Assembly: GCA_052327205.1 (NCBI GenBank)
Contig: CM126227.1
Coordinates: 24,490,001-24,554,000 of the forward strand
Source of the DNA: Somniosus microcephalus
Taxonomy: Eukaryota
Direction of reading: 5' to 3'
Length of the DNA: 64,000 nucleotides
The position numbers and the translations under genes are program-made. Of the stretch, positions 1 through 11,186 are shown in pieces (position 1 is the stretch's first letter; each line of letters starts with the position of its first letter). The notes beneath the pieces were generated by a model. The model saw only the letters and a list, made by a program, of their open reading frames with translations. It did not search any database and had not been told where the DNA came from.

Positions 1-585
1 CGACTTTTGGCCGGTACAGCTCCCCCTCGACCGAGGTCGAGTGCTCTGCCCTTCTCCTCCGGATACTTCTACCCCTTCCCCTACTCACAGTCTCTTCGGC
101 CGCCTTGTTTCTTGCTGGTCGGCTCACTCCACACCGTGGTAGCAGGGTAATCAGTGCCTGTTGCTGATGAAGCTTTTGTTGCTAGTCTTCCAGCTTCTGT
201 AAAGTACCACACTTTCTGTTGTTGTAGCCTCGTGTTTTCTTTTGGTAGCACAACGAGGGCGGTTGCCTCTCTTCGACGCTCTTTGTTACTTTGCTATTCT
301 TGCCGCAGGGTACGATCGGACCCGTCGCCACTGTAAAGTCTGTGGGTTGTGCAGTAAATAAATACACAGACTTTTGAAGTACAAACAAACAGGTCTTTAC
401 TATTCAGAGGTCAGGGCGAATCTGCCCTAGTTATCCTGTAACATCACTTATACACTGGTGTGGTCACTGTCGGTATTACCGTATACAGAAGCCAATCAAA
501 TAGTGCCACACCTAAAGTAGTTCTCTTAAAGGTGAACGGTTACACTCAATTGTTCCCTTAAAGGTAGACGGGTACATACACTACA
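1..585 (-). mobile_element. 5' end of a Gypsy-like LTR retrotransposon: LTR about 332-585 (outer edge may be 544), PBS and leader running off the window start
   Basis: TGT at 332 and ACA ends at 544 and 585; on the minus strand the LTR is followed at once by TGGCGACGGG (321-330), a PBS-like motif; it abuts a truncated SINE. Confidence 0.6.
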
Positions 586-690
586 GTCAGGACACGGGGA
601 TAACTCCCCTGCCCTTCCTTGAAATAGTGCCATGGGATCTTTTACGTCCACCTGAGAGAGAAGGTTTAATGTCTCAACCGAAAGATGAGA
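586..690 (-). mobile_element. SacSINE1/Deu-type SINE fragment
   Basis: Reverse complement matches the middle of the SINE at 9546-10006 (gataactcccctgc...catgggatcttttacgtccacctgagag). Confidence 0.8.
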
Positions 691-1542
691 AGAAATGGGG
701 GACTTGACCTTTTTATGTTTCAATCACATCCAATGATCTATTTAGCTAATATAAAGCCCGACGTTCTGTAAACATAGAAGGTGCCTTCCTTCTTTGGGTC
801 AGCAAATTTATAAACTTGTATATTATCAAGTTACATCTTTGGATGTGTTAAATTTCTAAAGCAGCATAAAAAAGTAGAGTTTAAATGGGATATAATCTGC
901 TTTGCATAGACCTTTTAAACTGTCTAAAGTCCTAAAATAACTCCTAGTATAACTAAGGGCACATTCACAGCCACACACACCCATAGGGAAGAAATAGCAT
1001 TGGACATGCTCGTATTCTAAATGCATTTAATCAGAGAAATTATAGCCCTGGTTTTAACTCGGGGCAGGAATCGGAGGCATGGGGGCTGAAGTGGGCGGTG
1101 ATCCATCCGGTTCTCCCCGGAGCATAAGGCTCCGAATATTCTAACTCATTTAAATTTCCCAACACTGGAGCTGGTGCGGATGATGTGGAGGCTGACGGGT
1201 GGGATTGGAAAATTGCGGGCTGCAGGGCGTCTCAGGGAACTGAAGGTAACAGTCCTCAGCCAGGGAAGTGAACAAAGGAGGAGAGACGGAGGGTCCAGGC
1301 CAATCGCAGCCGGAGAAGGGGAGTGGGGTGCGGGGGTGGGGGGAGGGTAGCCCAGGGTAGAGGGACCCAATGTTTCCTTGGTGGGCCAGGAGGAGTACTC
1401 CTTCACCTCCTGGGTCTCAAGGAACTTCTTAGAAATGCAATACTTATTCTGGCTTTTGCTGGAGCCTTGGAGAACATTCGTGTTCTCATATCTCTAAGTT
1501 CAATTTGCCTTAGGATAGAAATATCACCACAGACCCCAACAC

Positions 1543-2030
1543 TTCACTAGACTGATTCCTGGATGAGAGGGTTGACCTATGAGGAGAGATTAAGTAGAAT
1601 GGGTCTATATTCTCTCGAGTTTAGAAGAATGAGAGCTGATCTCATTGAAACATATAAAGTTCTTAGACGGCTTGATAGGGTAGATGCTGAACGGCTGATC
1701 CCCTGGCTGGAGAGTGTAGAACTAGGTATCATAGTCGCAAATAAAGGGTTGACCATTTAGGACTGAGATGAGGAGAAATGGCTTCACTCAGAGGGTTGTG
1801 AGCCTTTGGAATTCTCTACCCCAGAGGGCTGTGGATGCTCAGTCGATGAGTATATTCAAGACTGAGATCGATAGAATTTTGGGCACTAAGGGAATCAAGG
1901 GATATGGGGATTGTGCGGGAAAGTGGAATTGAGGTAGAAGATCAGCCATGATCTTATTGAATGGCGGAGCAGGTTCGAGGGGCCGTATGGCCGACTCCTG
2001 CTTCTATTTCTTCTGTTCTTTGATTCTTAT
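1543..2030 (+). mobile_element. CR1 LINE 3' end, 5'-truncated
   Basis: ORF2 C-terminus MRGLTYEERLSRMGLYSLEFRRMRADLIETYK plus the CR1 3' UTR hairpin and short-repeat tail; sits inside a degraded GC-rich repeat (about 1045-2220). Confidence 0.92.
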
Positions 2031-3200
2031 TTCAATATTCATGAGGCCCCCACCTGTTTGCGGCAAGTGTCCTCCACTCTCTCGAAAACCCGGGAGTTAA
2101 AATGTCTGGGGGCGGGAACATGTGGGATTGCAGTGGCTTCTGCTCGGCCTCCATTTTAATCCCCCCCTCCCCCCCAGTCTGCACCGTTCTCTCTGGGCCC
2201 GCAGGGTAAATATCGATTCTTATGTTTCTGTCTAGTATGATTTTTAATACCACAAACAACATTGTTGAAGGAAGGTTGTATTGTTAAAGCCTACTTGACA
2301 GGATGGAAACTAAAATTCAATATAATCGTATTAGATATTATGTGAAATCTATAGTTTAAATGCTTCTTGGCCTATGCTTCAAACATTTCTGTGACTGAAA
2401 TAAAGAGAGACAAACACGGATGTTGAGGTTTTCTGTGATTTATTGGCTGACGTTAAAGCCTTTGCTCGGAGTTTTGTGCAGACTGTAAAATGGCTGTGCC
2501 TCAAGAAGGGTCGTGACAAAGTCCTTGAGAATGATAAAATGTCAAGCAATAAATCACTGAAAAGCAATGCTTCTGTGATGCTGCTTCTCGTTTCAGGAAT
2601 GGCCAAAATCAGCTTTGTTTTTGTTCTGGCAGTAAGAATTGATTTTGGGATGCGAAATATCCAATCAAATGATTGGATTTAAGTTCTCATATTATCAAGG
2701 CTAATTTGTTACAAATTGCACAGTTAATTATGAAGCAGCTAATCACAGTTTTGTACTGAGATTGAAAGGTTATGAATATATATTGAATTAGTCCAATGAA
2801 TGTGGCCCTCAGTCCAATATGACATATTTTTAATTAAATCCTATTATTGCCCATTTTGTTGATTTTAGTAATAGCAGCTTTTACCCTTACAGCTATTCGA
2901 ATAGTCAGTTTTAGTCTATTATTCTGCTCCTGTTGACTTTTATGAACGGTGATGTGATGATGAAATACCAAGAGATAACTAACACATGAATGCTTAAATT
3001 TGAATAACATTATCCTGGTTCAGTTTAGTGATGTGACAAAATTTGGGAATAATACAGATCTGAGACACTCTGCCAGGATCCATCAATCCAGGTACAGTAC
3101 TGTTATGAGTTTCAGTGTGCAGCCCAATACAGCACACAGTGCTCGAACTGAGGCCTTGTTAAAGTTTTATAGAGACTCATAATTGGCTTTTATATTCTGT

Positions 3201-3970
3201 GGGCTAAAAATTGAGTAGTACCTAACTTTGCCAGGGCACTACTTTTAGCGCCCGGAAAATTAGTGCCCCCGCGCCGGAACTTGAGTGGTTGCGCCCCAAG
3301 AGGGAAGCGGGGTGCTCCTGGAAGTGCCCCGCATTCCTCTTGGGACGCTGTGAGTCAATATCGTGGCGCTACATGCCGCAGCGCCAGGTCGCGCCGCGGT
3401 ATTGTAGGCCTTCCTCCCCTTCTTGACAGGATGGAAACTAAAATTCAATATAATCGTATTAGATATTATGTAAAATCTACATCCTGGGCCCCGGGGATCG
3501 GGAGTGCCGGCAAAAGAGCCCGGCACTCAAGAGAAATGCCGGGCTCATGGAGCGCAGCCGGCACTCCACGGAGGGTGGGGGGGGGGGTGTTCAGGAGGCC
3601 GGGGAGGGGAGCGCAGGCAGGTGCTGGCAAGTGGCCAGCAACAAAAATGGCCGCCCCAGCACCTCACCTTTAAATTGCGCCTCCCCGGCCGCAGGTAGGC
3701 TCCCCTGACCCCGTCGGACATAGCGTCCGGTGGGAAGTCAGGGGGCGCTCCCAAAGATCGCGGGTGCGAGTGGGGCGCTGTGCACGGCGATGACATCATC
3801 ACCGGTGGTGCAGCGCGGCGAGGCGCTACCAGTTAGCGCCGCGGATAACCTCACGCTGAATTTCGCGGGAGGCATGGGCGGCGCCGCACCCAGGCGCTAG
3901 TTGCTTTGCGCCCCGTTAGCGCCCTCTTAGGGTGCTAACAGGAGGCGCAAAGCAACCCAATTTGTCCCCC
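3201..3970. mobile_element. PIF/Harbinger-type MITE, GC-rich
   Basis: GGG...CCC termini (gggctaaaaattg / caatttgtccccc); collinear with the sibling copy at 4295-5019. Confidence 0.75.
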
Positions 3971-4294
3971 TATATCTCTAATGTAAAACCTAGAGTTCCA
4001 TTAGTTTTTATGTTTACAGGCCTATCAATTTGAGGCGCTGCTTTTAATGCCCTGTGAGCCTGTACCCTCAAATCCCTCTGCTCTTCCACAGCACCAGGCA
4101 CACTTCCATTCAGAGTAAAACTACTGCTGTTATGTTTTACCAAAATGTATCACCTCACACATACTGACACAGAATAGGGGGAAAGACTGGAGAGCAGCCA
4201 AAAGTGATGGTTCATATTGGGCAATTGATATAGATAAAGAATGTTCGAGGCCTTGCAAAGGAGTTTAGTTCTAGATGGATAAACAAGACTTCAA

Positions 4295-5019
4295 GGGGGA
4301 GAAATTCGGTGGCGCCCCCCTTGGGGCGGTAACTTTCCGGAGTGCTACGTTTAGCGCCCCGACAAAGTTAGCACCCCTGCGCCGTAAATTTAGTGGTAGC
4401 TCCCCAAGCAAGAGGCGGGGCGCTACTGGAATCGCTCCCCCTCCTTCTTGGGGCGCTACCAGTAAATTTTGCGGCATGCGCGTCAGTACGTAGCGCCGCG
4501 TAATTGCAGGCCTCACTGCCCTGATTAAAGGGGAGGGGCCTAGCGCTGCGTGCAATGGGACCCTGCTGGACCACCGGGAAGCGGGGTGCCGGGAAAACAG
4601 CCCAAAACTCAAGAGGAGAGCCAGGCTGAGCGATCGCAGCCGGCACCCCGAAGAATAAAGGGAAGGGGGCAGGTGCTGGCATTCGGCCCAAAAAAAAGAT
4701 GGCCGCCCGACACCTGCCCTTTAACTTGCACCGCCGCGGCCACAAAAACACCACCCTGACCCTGTCAGACATATTGTCCGGCGATAGGTCAGAGGGCACA
4801 ACCGAATTTGCAGCCAGGGCGTGAGCGGGGTGCTGCACACGGTGATGACATCATCGCCGGTGGCGCAGCGCCACAGGGTGCTATCGGCTACCGCTAACCT
4901 CCTGCTGAATTTCGCGGGAGGCGTTATTGGCGCGGCGTCCGGGCGCTAGGGGCTTTGCGACCCGTTAGGGCCCCCTAGGGGCGCTAACAGGAAGCGCAAA
5001 GCAACCCAATTTTTCTCCC
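4295..5019. mobile_element. PIF/Harbinger-type MITE
   Basis: TIR gggggagaaatt / aatttttctccc; 3-bp TSD CAA; same family as 3201-3970. Confidence 0.8.
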
Positions 5020-5528
5020 CAAGGGTGGTAATCTCCAGATTGCTTCCTGCTGACCAGGTTAATGAGAGGAAGATCACAAAGGTTAACATGTGGGGTTATT
5101 GCCACTTTGCCATAAACTTCCATTCTGTGCCCTTTCGATTTCTCACTGAATTCAGGCTCAAATTGAGCTTTAAGCCAAGTGTTTTATTTCAGTTTCATGT
5201 ATTTAAACTAGGAAATTGATTTTGGCATAGTTCTTCGTCCTGATTTTCTACAGCTAGTTATCTGGAACTTTGCTTTGCTGTAGCTCCACACGTCCTTCTC
5301 TTTCATTCCCTATGAAAGAAGGCTTTATATTGGCAACTATGTACTGGAGTAAACTAATCGATGTCCAGATGTAAACACATATGATGGAATAAAACAGAAA
5401 ATGTTGGAAGTGCACAGCAGGCCAATCAGCATCTGAAAGACTTGCATTTTGGGTGGCACCTTTTATTCGAGAATTCTGATGAATCATCCCCACCTGAAAG
5501 CTGAACCTATCTTTCTCTTTCAGATTAT

Positions 5529-6483
5529 GGGCCAGAAATTCACGACCAGAAGCGTGAGTACGGTCGGGGTACTCACGCATCTGGCCGTTGGAAATGCCGG
5601 CGTTCAGCAGGAACAGCGCATACGGGGAACGCCGGCATTTCCAGACCCGAGGTCTATTCACAGCGCGTGCGACTGCACAGGCAGCGCTTGCGCAGTGAAC
5701 TTTGTGGATTTCAATGATGGATTCAGTGAGGGTAAGTCCTTAGAAGTTACACTTGAAAAAAGCAAGTGTAAAGTTGTTCATTGGCTGCGGAGGAAGATAT
5801 ATTTTATCGTGGAGCTTCTGAAATGCAATATTTTTGTTTGGGAAAGGGAGGGAAGTTATTTTAAGAAATTTTAAGTAAGTTTTAAAGTTAAAAAAATTTT
5901 TTTTTAAAGGGTTTTCAGAACGGTAGGTAGAAGGAGCAATTGTGGCTGTGTGAATGGAATGTGAGAATGAGTTATGTATGTATGTCCACATATATTCCTT
6001 TACGTATATGTATGTATGTTTTATATTCCTTTACTAATGTGTATGAATGTATGTTTTTAATTATGATTTTCCAATAAGTTACTTTCTCTGGAAGTCATAA
6101 TTAAATAATACATTCATACACATAAGTAAAGGAATATATACATAACACGCAAAGGAATATATACAGACATACATACTTTCAGAAGCTCCACGATAATAAA
6201 TATCTTCCTCCGCAGCCTCTGGAGCAACTGTACCCATGCTTTTTTCATGTGTAAGTTGTAATGACTTGACCTCACTGAAAGCATTAATGAAAGCGGTGAA
6301 TTATACTGCGCACGCGCTGCCTGTGCAGTCGCACGCGTTCTGCCTCTGAACCCCTTCGTTCAGAGGACAGGAAATGCTGGTTTTCCCCACATGCACTGTG
6401 CATGCTGAAAACCGGCATTTCATCCGGCCAGATGCGTAAGTACCCCGACCGTACTCGCGCATTTGGAAGGGAATTACTGGACC
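5529..6483. mobile_element. Fold-back Harbinger-type MITE, nearly the whole element palindromic
   Basis: gggccagaaattc start and gaattactggacc end; arms share gagtacggtcggggtact..acgcatctggccg in inverted orientation; AT-rich centre near 6050-6110. Confidence 0.75.
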
Positions 6484-6581
6484 AACATTTTACATGTCAA
6501 TAAAATGAAAAATTTAACAATTGCACGACTTGCCCCCTCGCATCTGCGACTGAGGGTCCAAGGAGGTGCATTGCGCAAGAG

Positions 6582-6930
6582 GTCATCATCGTACGTATCC
6601 TCACACTGTTCCCTTTGGGGAACTGTATGAAGTGGTGGAAGGATTTATGGCCGTGATTAACGCTCATTCCGTGACCGTAACCATCTTTGAACCAGCCATT
6701 AGGGTGGTTAGTCCTATGGCGGGAGGGTTTTACGGGCTCCCACAACCCATCTGAGGGGGGGGGGGGGCCACCAACACCCACGGACGCAAGTATCCCGCTG
6801 GATGTCCATCCAGAATTTAAAGTTGGAGCTCCGACTCCACTTGCCGGGACTGTCTGGAGTGGGGTTCAAAACCCTACTCCTTCTGGCCCAGCGGCGGGGA
6901 TGCTTACTGCTACGTAAAAGGCCCACTCCG
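6582..6930 (-). mobile_element. tRNA-derived SINE-like unit, left arm of an inverted pair
   Basis: Inverted copy of 7014-7359; head resembles tRNA-Asp (tagcagtaagcatccccgcc); ends in a (GAT)n-like tail. Confidence 0.55.
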
Positions 6931-7013
6931 CACAAAAGGTGACACCCATACGTTTCCTGCGCCTTTTCCCTCCCCGTGACTGGAGCCCTATGCTGCCATT
7001 TCATGTTGCTAAT

Positions 7014-7359
7014 CGGATTGGGCCTTTGTCATAGCGGTAGGATCCCCGCCGCTGGGCCAGATCAGGGTAGGGTTTCGAACCCCGCTCCAGACAGTCCCGG
7101 CAAGTGGAGTCGGAGCTCCGGCTCTAAATTCTGGGTTGACATCCAGTGGGATATTTGCGTCCGTGGGTGTGGGTGGCCCCCCCTCCTTGTATAGCTTGTG
7201 GGAGCCCGTAAAACCCTCCCGCCATAGGACTAACCGCCCTAATGGCTGGTTCAAAGATGGTTACGGTCACGGAATGAGCGTTAATCATGGCCATAAATCC
7301 TTCCACCACTTCATACAGTTCCCCAAAGGGAACAGTGTGAAGACACGTATGACGACGAC
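7014..7359 (+). mobile_element. tRNA-derived SINE-like unit, right arm of an inverted pair
   Basis: A-box-like TAGCGGTAGG at 7032, ATCCCCGCC as in tRNA-Asp, B-box-like GGTTTCGAACCC at 7071, 3' hairpin gttccccaaagggaac, tail atgacgacgac. Confidence 0.55.
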
Positions 7360-7364
7360 ATTGC

Positions 7365-7809
7365 TAAATAAATAAATGGAATTAAAAAAATTCTTTTAGG
7401 GCTTTTAAAAGTCTTTAAATTGCTTTAATTCTCTTTAAAACTACTTCAGATTACTCAAAATAATGTAAACATTTAAAAAAGTTTATAAAAGTTACCAAAA
7501 TCTTCAAAAAACTTCCAAAAACCTATTTAAACTGCTGCTTTGCATGTAAAAATGCTTAGCAGCTTGACAGAAACATTGCGGGCGTGTCCAGTGAAACTGA
7601 GACCTCAAGGGGCGTGTCTCACTTGCACTGCACGCTCCTGGCTTCGCGCTGGCTGCACTCCTGGGCGGCGTGACGTCATACGCTGCCCGGGATTCTTCTT
7701 TTTCAAACACCAAGTCCAGGCGTCCCTGGAGCTGATCGGCAGTAGCGCGGGGTAAGTGCATATACGGGGCTTGCACGCGCGGCAAGCCCCGTTCACCAAT
7801 TTCTGGCCC
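7365..7809. mobile_element. Right half of a Harbinger-type MITE
   Basis: Terminus ...ggcttgcacgcgcggcaagcccc...aatttctggccc matches the right end of the MITE at 42606-43359. Confidence 0.65.
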
Positions 7810-7821
7810 ATTATATTTCAT

Positions 7822-8905
7822 GGGGGAAAAATTCAGTTGTTTGCGCCTCCCGTTAGTGCCTTAAGAGGGTGCTAATGGGGTGCAAAGCATCTATTGCCCG
7901 GGCGCGGCGATATTTGCGCTACTCGTGAAATTAACTAAACATTCTATGGCGGCACTAAACACTATCGCCACGATCTCCTGCGCCGGCAGATTGTGATATC
8001 AGTCGAATGCGCAACACCCCGGTAGCACCCCGGACCGGATATCAAATCAAATCAACTTTTATTGTCATTGTTAGTGCACAAGTGCAGTACAACGAAATGT
8101 AGGCTTGCGGCTCCCGAGAGTGTACATTTGGATTAAGACATTTAAACATTCAACATACATTTGGCTTGTAGTATATTAACATAAACATAACCATAATAAA
8201 GTGCATTGGCAGATGTGCAGGCTTTAGAGTTTATTTGTGGAGTTCAGTAGGATGACAGCCCTGGGAAAGAAGCTGTTCCTAAATCTGGTCGTACGGGTGC
8301 GAATGCATCTGTAGCATCTCCCAAATGGCAGGAGGGCGAACAGACTGTGGCTGGGGTGGGTAGGGTCTTTGATGATGGACCGTGACCTCCGTAGACAGCG
8401 TTTCTGGTATATGTGCTCTATGGTCGGTAGCCTGCCTTACCGCCTTACAGTGGCGCCCCCTGCCTTACCGCCTGCCGTTAGCAATGACAAGTTGAGGGGA
8501 GCGTTTTTGCAGTCAAAAAGGGACTGGGGGAGTGCTATTTAAAGGCGACCGCTTCCTGCCTTTTTTTGTTGGTGACATTTTTGCACCACGCATTCTGAGA
8601 GAGAGAGAGAAAGAGACTTTTGGAGAGATTCAATGCTGTGTGAAGGAGTTTTGAGTACTGAGCAGCACTTTGCAGCTTCATTTTGATTTGCCCTTCCTTG
8701 CTTCGCCAGCGCTCTGAGGTAGCGCCTCGCTCCTCGGCCTTTGCGCCTTAAGACAGGTGTGAAGCGCCTGATTTAGCGCTCCAATCACCTCCAGGGGCGA
8801 TAAAAGCCAAGTTTGCCGTCGGAGGCGATAATTAGCGGCAGGCGCTAAACTTTGCGCACGGCCGATAATGGCACCCCAAATGGGGCGATACTGAATTTTT
8901 CCCCC
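7822..8905. mobile_element. Harbinger-type MITE interrupted by a Rex1 fragment
   Basis: TIR gggggaaaaattcagt / actgaatttttccccc; TSD CAT. Confidence 0.8.
8041..8431 (-). mobile_element. Rex1/Babar LINE 3' end
   Basis: Minus strand reads LPTIEHIYQKRCLRRSRSIIKDPTHPSHSLFALLPFGRCYRCIRTRTTRFRNSFFPRAVILLNS, a typical Rex1 C-terminus; AATAAA and (GATTT)n tail. Confidence 0.85.
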
Positions 8906-9545
8906 CATATATTTGAAGCATTTGTCGTTATGAATTCGATACGATCTGCGTGTAGAGCATGGGTCAGGACTTCTGACGACGACAGCAGGAAGAAATTGCT
9001 GGTTAAAAATTCTCCTCAGACCTAACACTAAAGCCTCAAGAGAACAAAGTTCTGTCTCAGCCCAGCTTTTGGATCATATTCACAGTTCAAATTGGCACAG
9101 AAAATGACAAAATGTAAGCACTGCACGCCACGACACCAAGACTGCATGCTGAAGAAGGCTGCACAGACAAAAATGACTGTATGTCATGACAGAAGATATA
9201 CGACTGTGGTCAGACAGGAGACAACATGTCTTGTCTTCGTTTCATTTATGTCCTAAATAGAAACATTTAAGATGGTACCACAAACAGGACATAACAGCAG
9301 CTACAGAAAATGCCTCATTACTTCCAGTGCTTTTAAAAATATGCTTCACCTGCAGTGTTCAGGCAATTCGTGAAACTGATCTACAATTTTGGTAAGTGTC
9401 TGAATGCAGGAGCTCATTGCACAGGGCGCAACTGTAACATCTGCTGAAGCATGTCTTGCTGGGACAGTCTAGGCATCTGGTTCTGCCACTTTCACTGTGC
9501 AAGGCGGTAAACAAAACAGTTAATAAATAAATTGTTTCATTTGCA

Positions 9546-10006
9546 CGTCAGCTGTGGCTCAGTTGGTAGCACCCTTGCCTCTGAGTCCAAAGGTTGTGGG
9601 TTCAAGTCCTACTCCAGGAACTTGATGCAGGTAAATCCAGGCTGACACTCCAGTGCAGTGCTGAGGGAGCGCTGCACTGTTGGAGGTGCCGTCTTTTGGA
9701 TGAGACGTTAAACCGAGGCCCCGTCTACTCTCTCAGGTGGACGTAAAAGATCCCATGACACTATTTCGAAGAAGAGCAGGGGGAGTTATCCCTGGTGTCC
9801 TGGCCAATATTTATCCCTCAGCCAACATAACAAAAAACAGATTATCTGGTCATTATCACATTGCTGTTTGTGGGAGCTTGCTGTGCGCAAATTGGCTGCC
9901 GTGTTTCCCACATTACAACAGTGACTTCACTTCAAAAGTACTTCATTGGTTGTAAAGCGCTTTGAGACATCCGGTGGTCGAGAAAAGCGCTATCGAAATG
10001 CAAATC
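9546..10006 (+). mobile_element. Full-length tRNA-derived Deu-domain SINE (SacSINE1-like)
   Basis: A box tggctcagttgg, B box gggttcaagtcc, Deu core (ggatgagacgttaaaccgagg...gtaaaagatcccatg), L2-like tail tgtaaagcgctttgag...gcgctat. Confidence 0.9.
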
Positions 10007-11039
10007 ATTTTTAAAGAGGCGAAGGTGCCCTGACGTGGCAAGCAGCTGCACCATCCTCCTTGCCACCTCATTCTGCACCACTTTACTTTGCCAGCTGTTA
10101 CATGTGGCGGGTGGGGTGGGGGTTGGAGTGTTGCACCGCTCCATCACGTGGCCACAGACTCGGCTTCCTGCCAACACATTTATTTCCCAACACTTTTGTT
10201 ATTGGAACAATCTTTGCAAAGATGAAATATACACTAAAAATATATGCAGCTTTTGTGAGCACTGCCAATATTTTATCCGCATTTTCAACAATAACGTGCT
10301 CCTGATTGGGAAACTTGCTTGATGGAACCCTGAGTCGCAGAATCAAACCTATAATCTGCGAGCTCCACACCCATTGAGAGAGCCTATGAACTGGGAATGC
10401 AGCATCACTGAATTTACCCTTGTATCCATATCAATAAATCAGAAAAATCTTCATCTTCTCTTTCGTTTACAGAAGTCTCCAACAATTTTTTTTTTAATTA
10501 GCAAAGAATGTATTTGCTGGCACAGAACTGAGTGCATGCTACCAAAAATGTGCTTTTAATGAAGACATTGCAAAATTCCTCTTGGAATGGTTTAAGAAGA
10601 TTTAATCACAGAAGTGAACTTCAGTTATTGAAAGGCCCATTCCGGACGTCTAGTGCTGCATTAAACTTGTAAATAACAGGGCAGATTGTCCTCTTGGCCT
10701 GTATAACAGAACGCTTTTGGTGGTCTTGGACATCCATCCACCCCATGGCTGTGCCCTTGTGTCCACCAATTTGACGGGGTCATTAACACAATTTTGGCAG
10801 CCTGCTCCTGCTATGACCAGGTCGCCTACTCCAGGTAGCGGGGAGGGAAACGGCTGTGACAGCCACTGCAGTGTGGTGTGACCATTCTTCCAGTAGAAGA
10901 AAACATTTAGATGAAAAAGAAGTTAACATCTCCCATCTTGCCCAATGCAATCGATCGTTCTGTGATCGACTGCACCAAGCAAAGTATCTCTTTAAAGTTC
11001 AAATCCTCCCCCTCCACCTTCCGTAGTCTTAGCAAACCT

Positions 11040-11186
11040 NNNNNNNNNNNNNNNNNNNNNNNNNNNNNNNNNNNNNNNNNNNNNNNNNNNNNNNNNNNNN
11101 NNNNNNNNNNNNNNNNNNNNNNNNNNNNNNNNNNNNNNNNNNNNNNNNNNNNNNNNNNNNNNNNNNNNNNNNNNNNNNNNNNNNNN
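11040..11186. other. Assembly gap (others at 12536-12728 and 13594-14093)
   Basis: Runs of N within or at the edge of the Helitron cluster. Confidence 1.

Noticed and set aside
3260-4838. Several overlapping ORFs of 65-156 aa (also 45280-45777)
   Set aside because: Stop-poor GC-rich MITE sequence with no recognisable domains
6525-6581. Possible HDV-like ribozyme (gccccctcgc resembles the P3/L3 region)
   Set aside because: I could not build the nested double pseudoknot by eye
7014-7100. Functional tRNA gene (also 9546-9620)
   Set aside because: No complete cloverleaf; these are SINE heads
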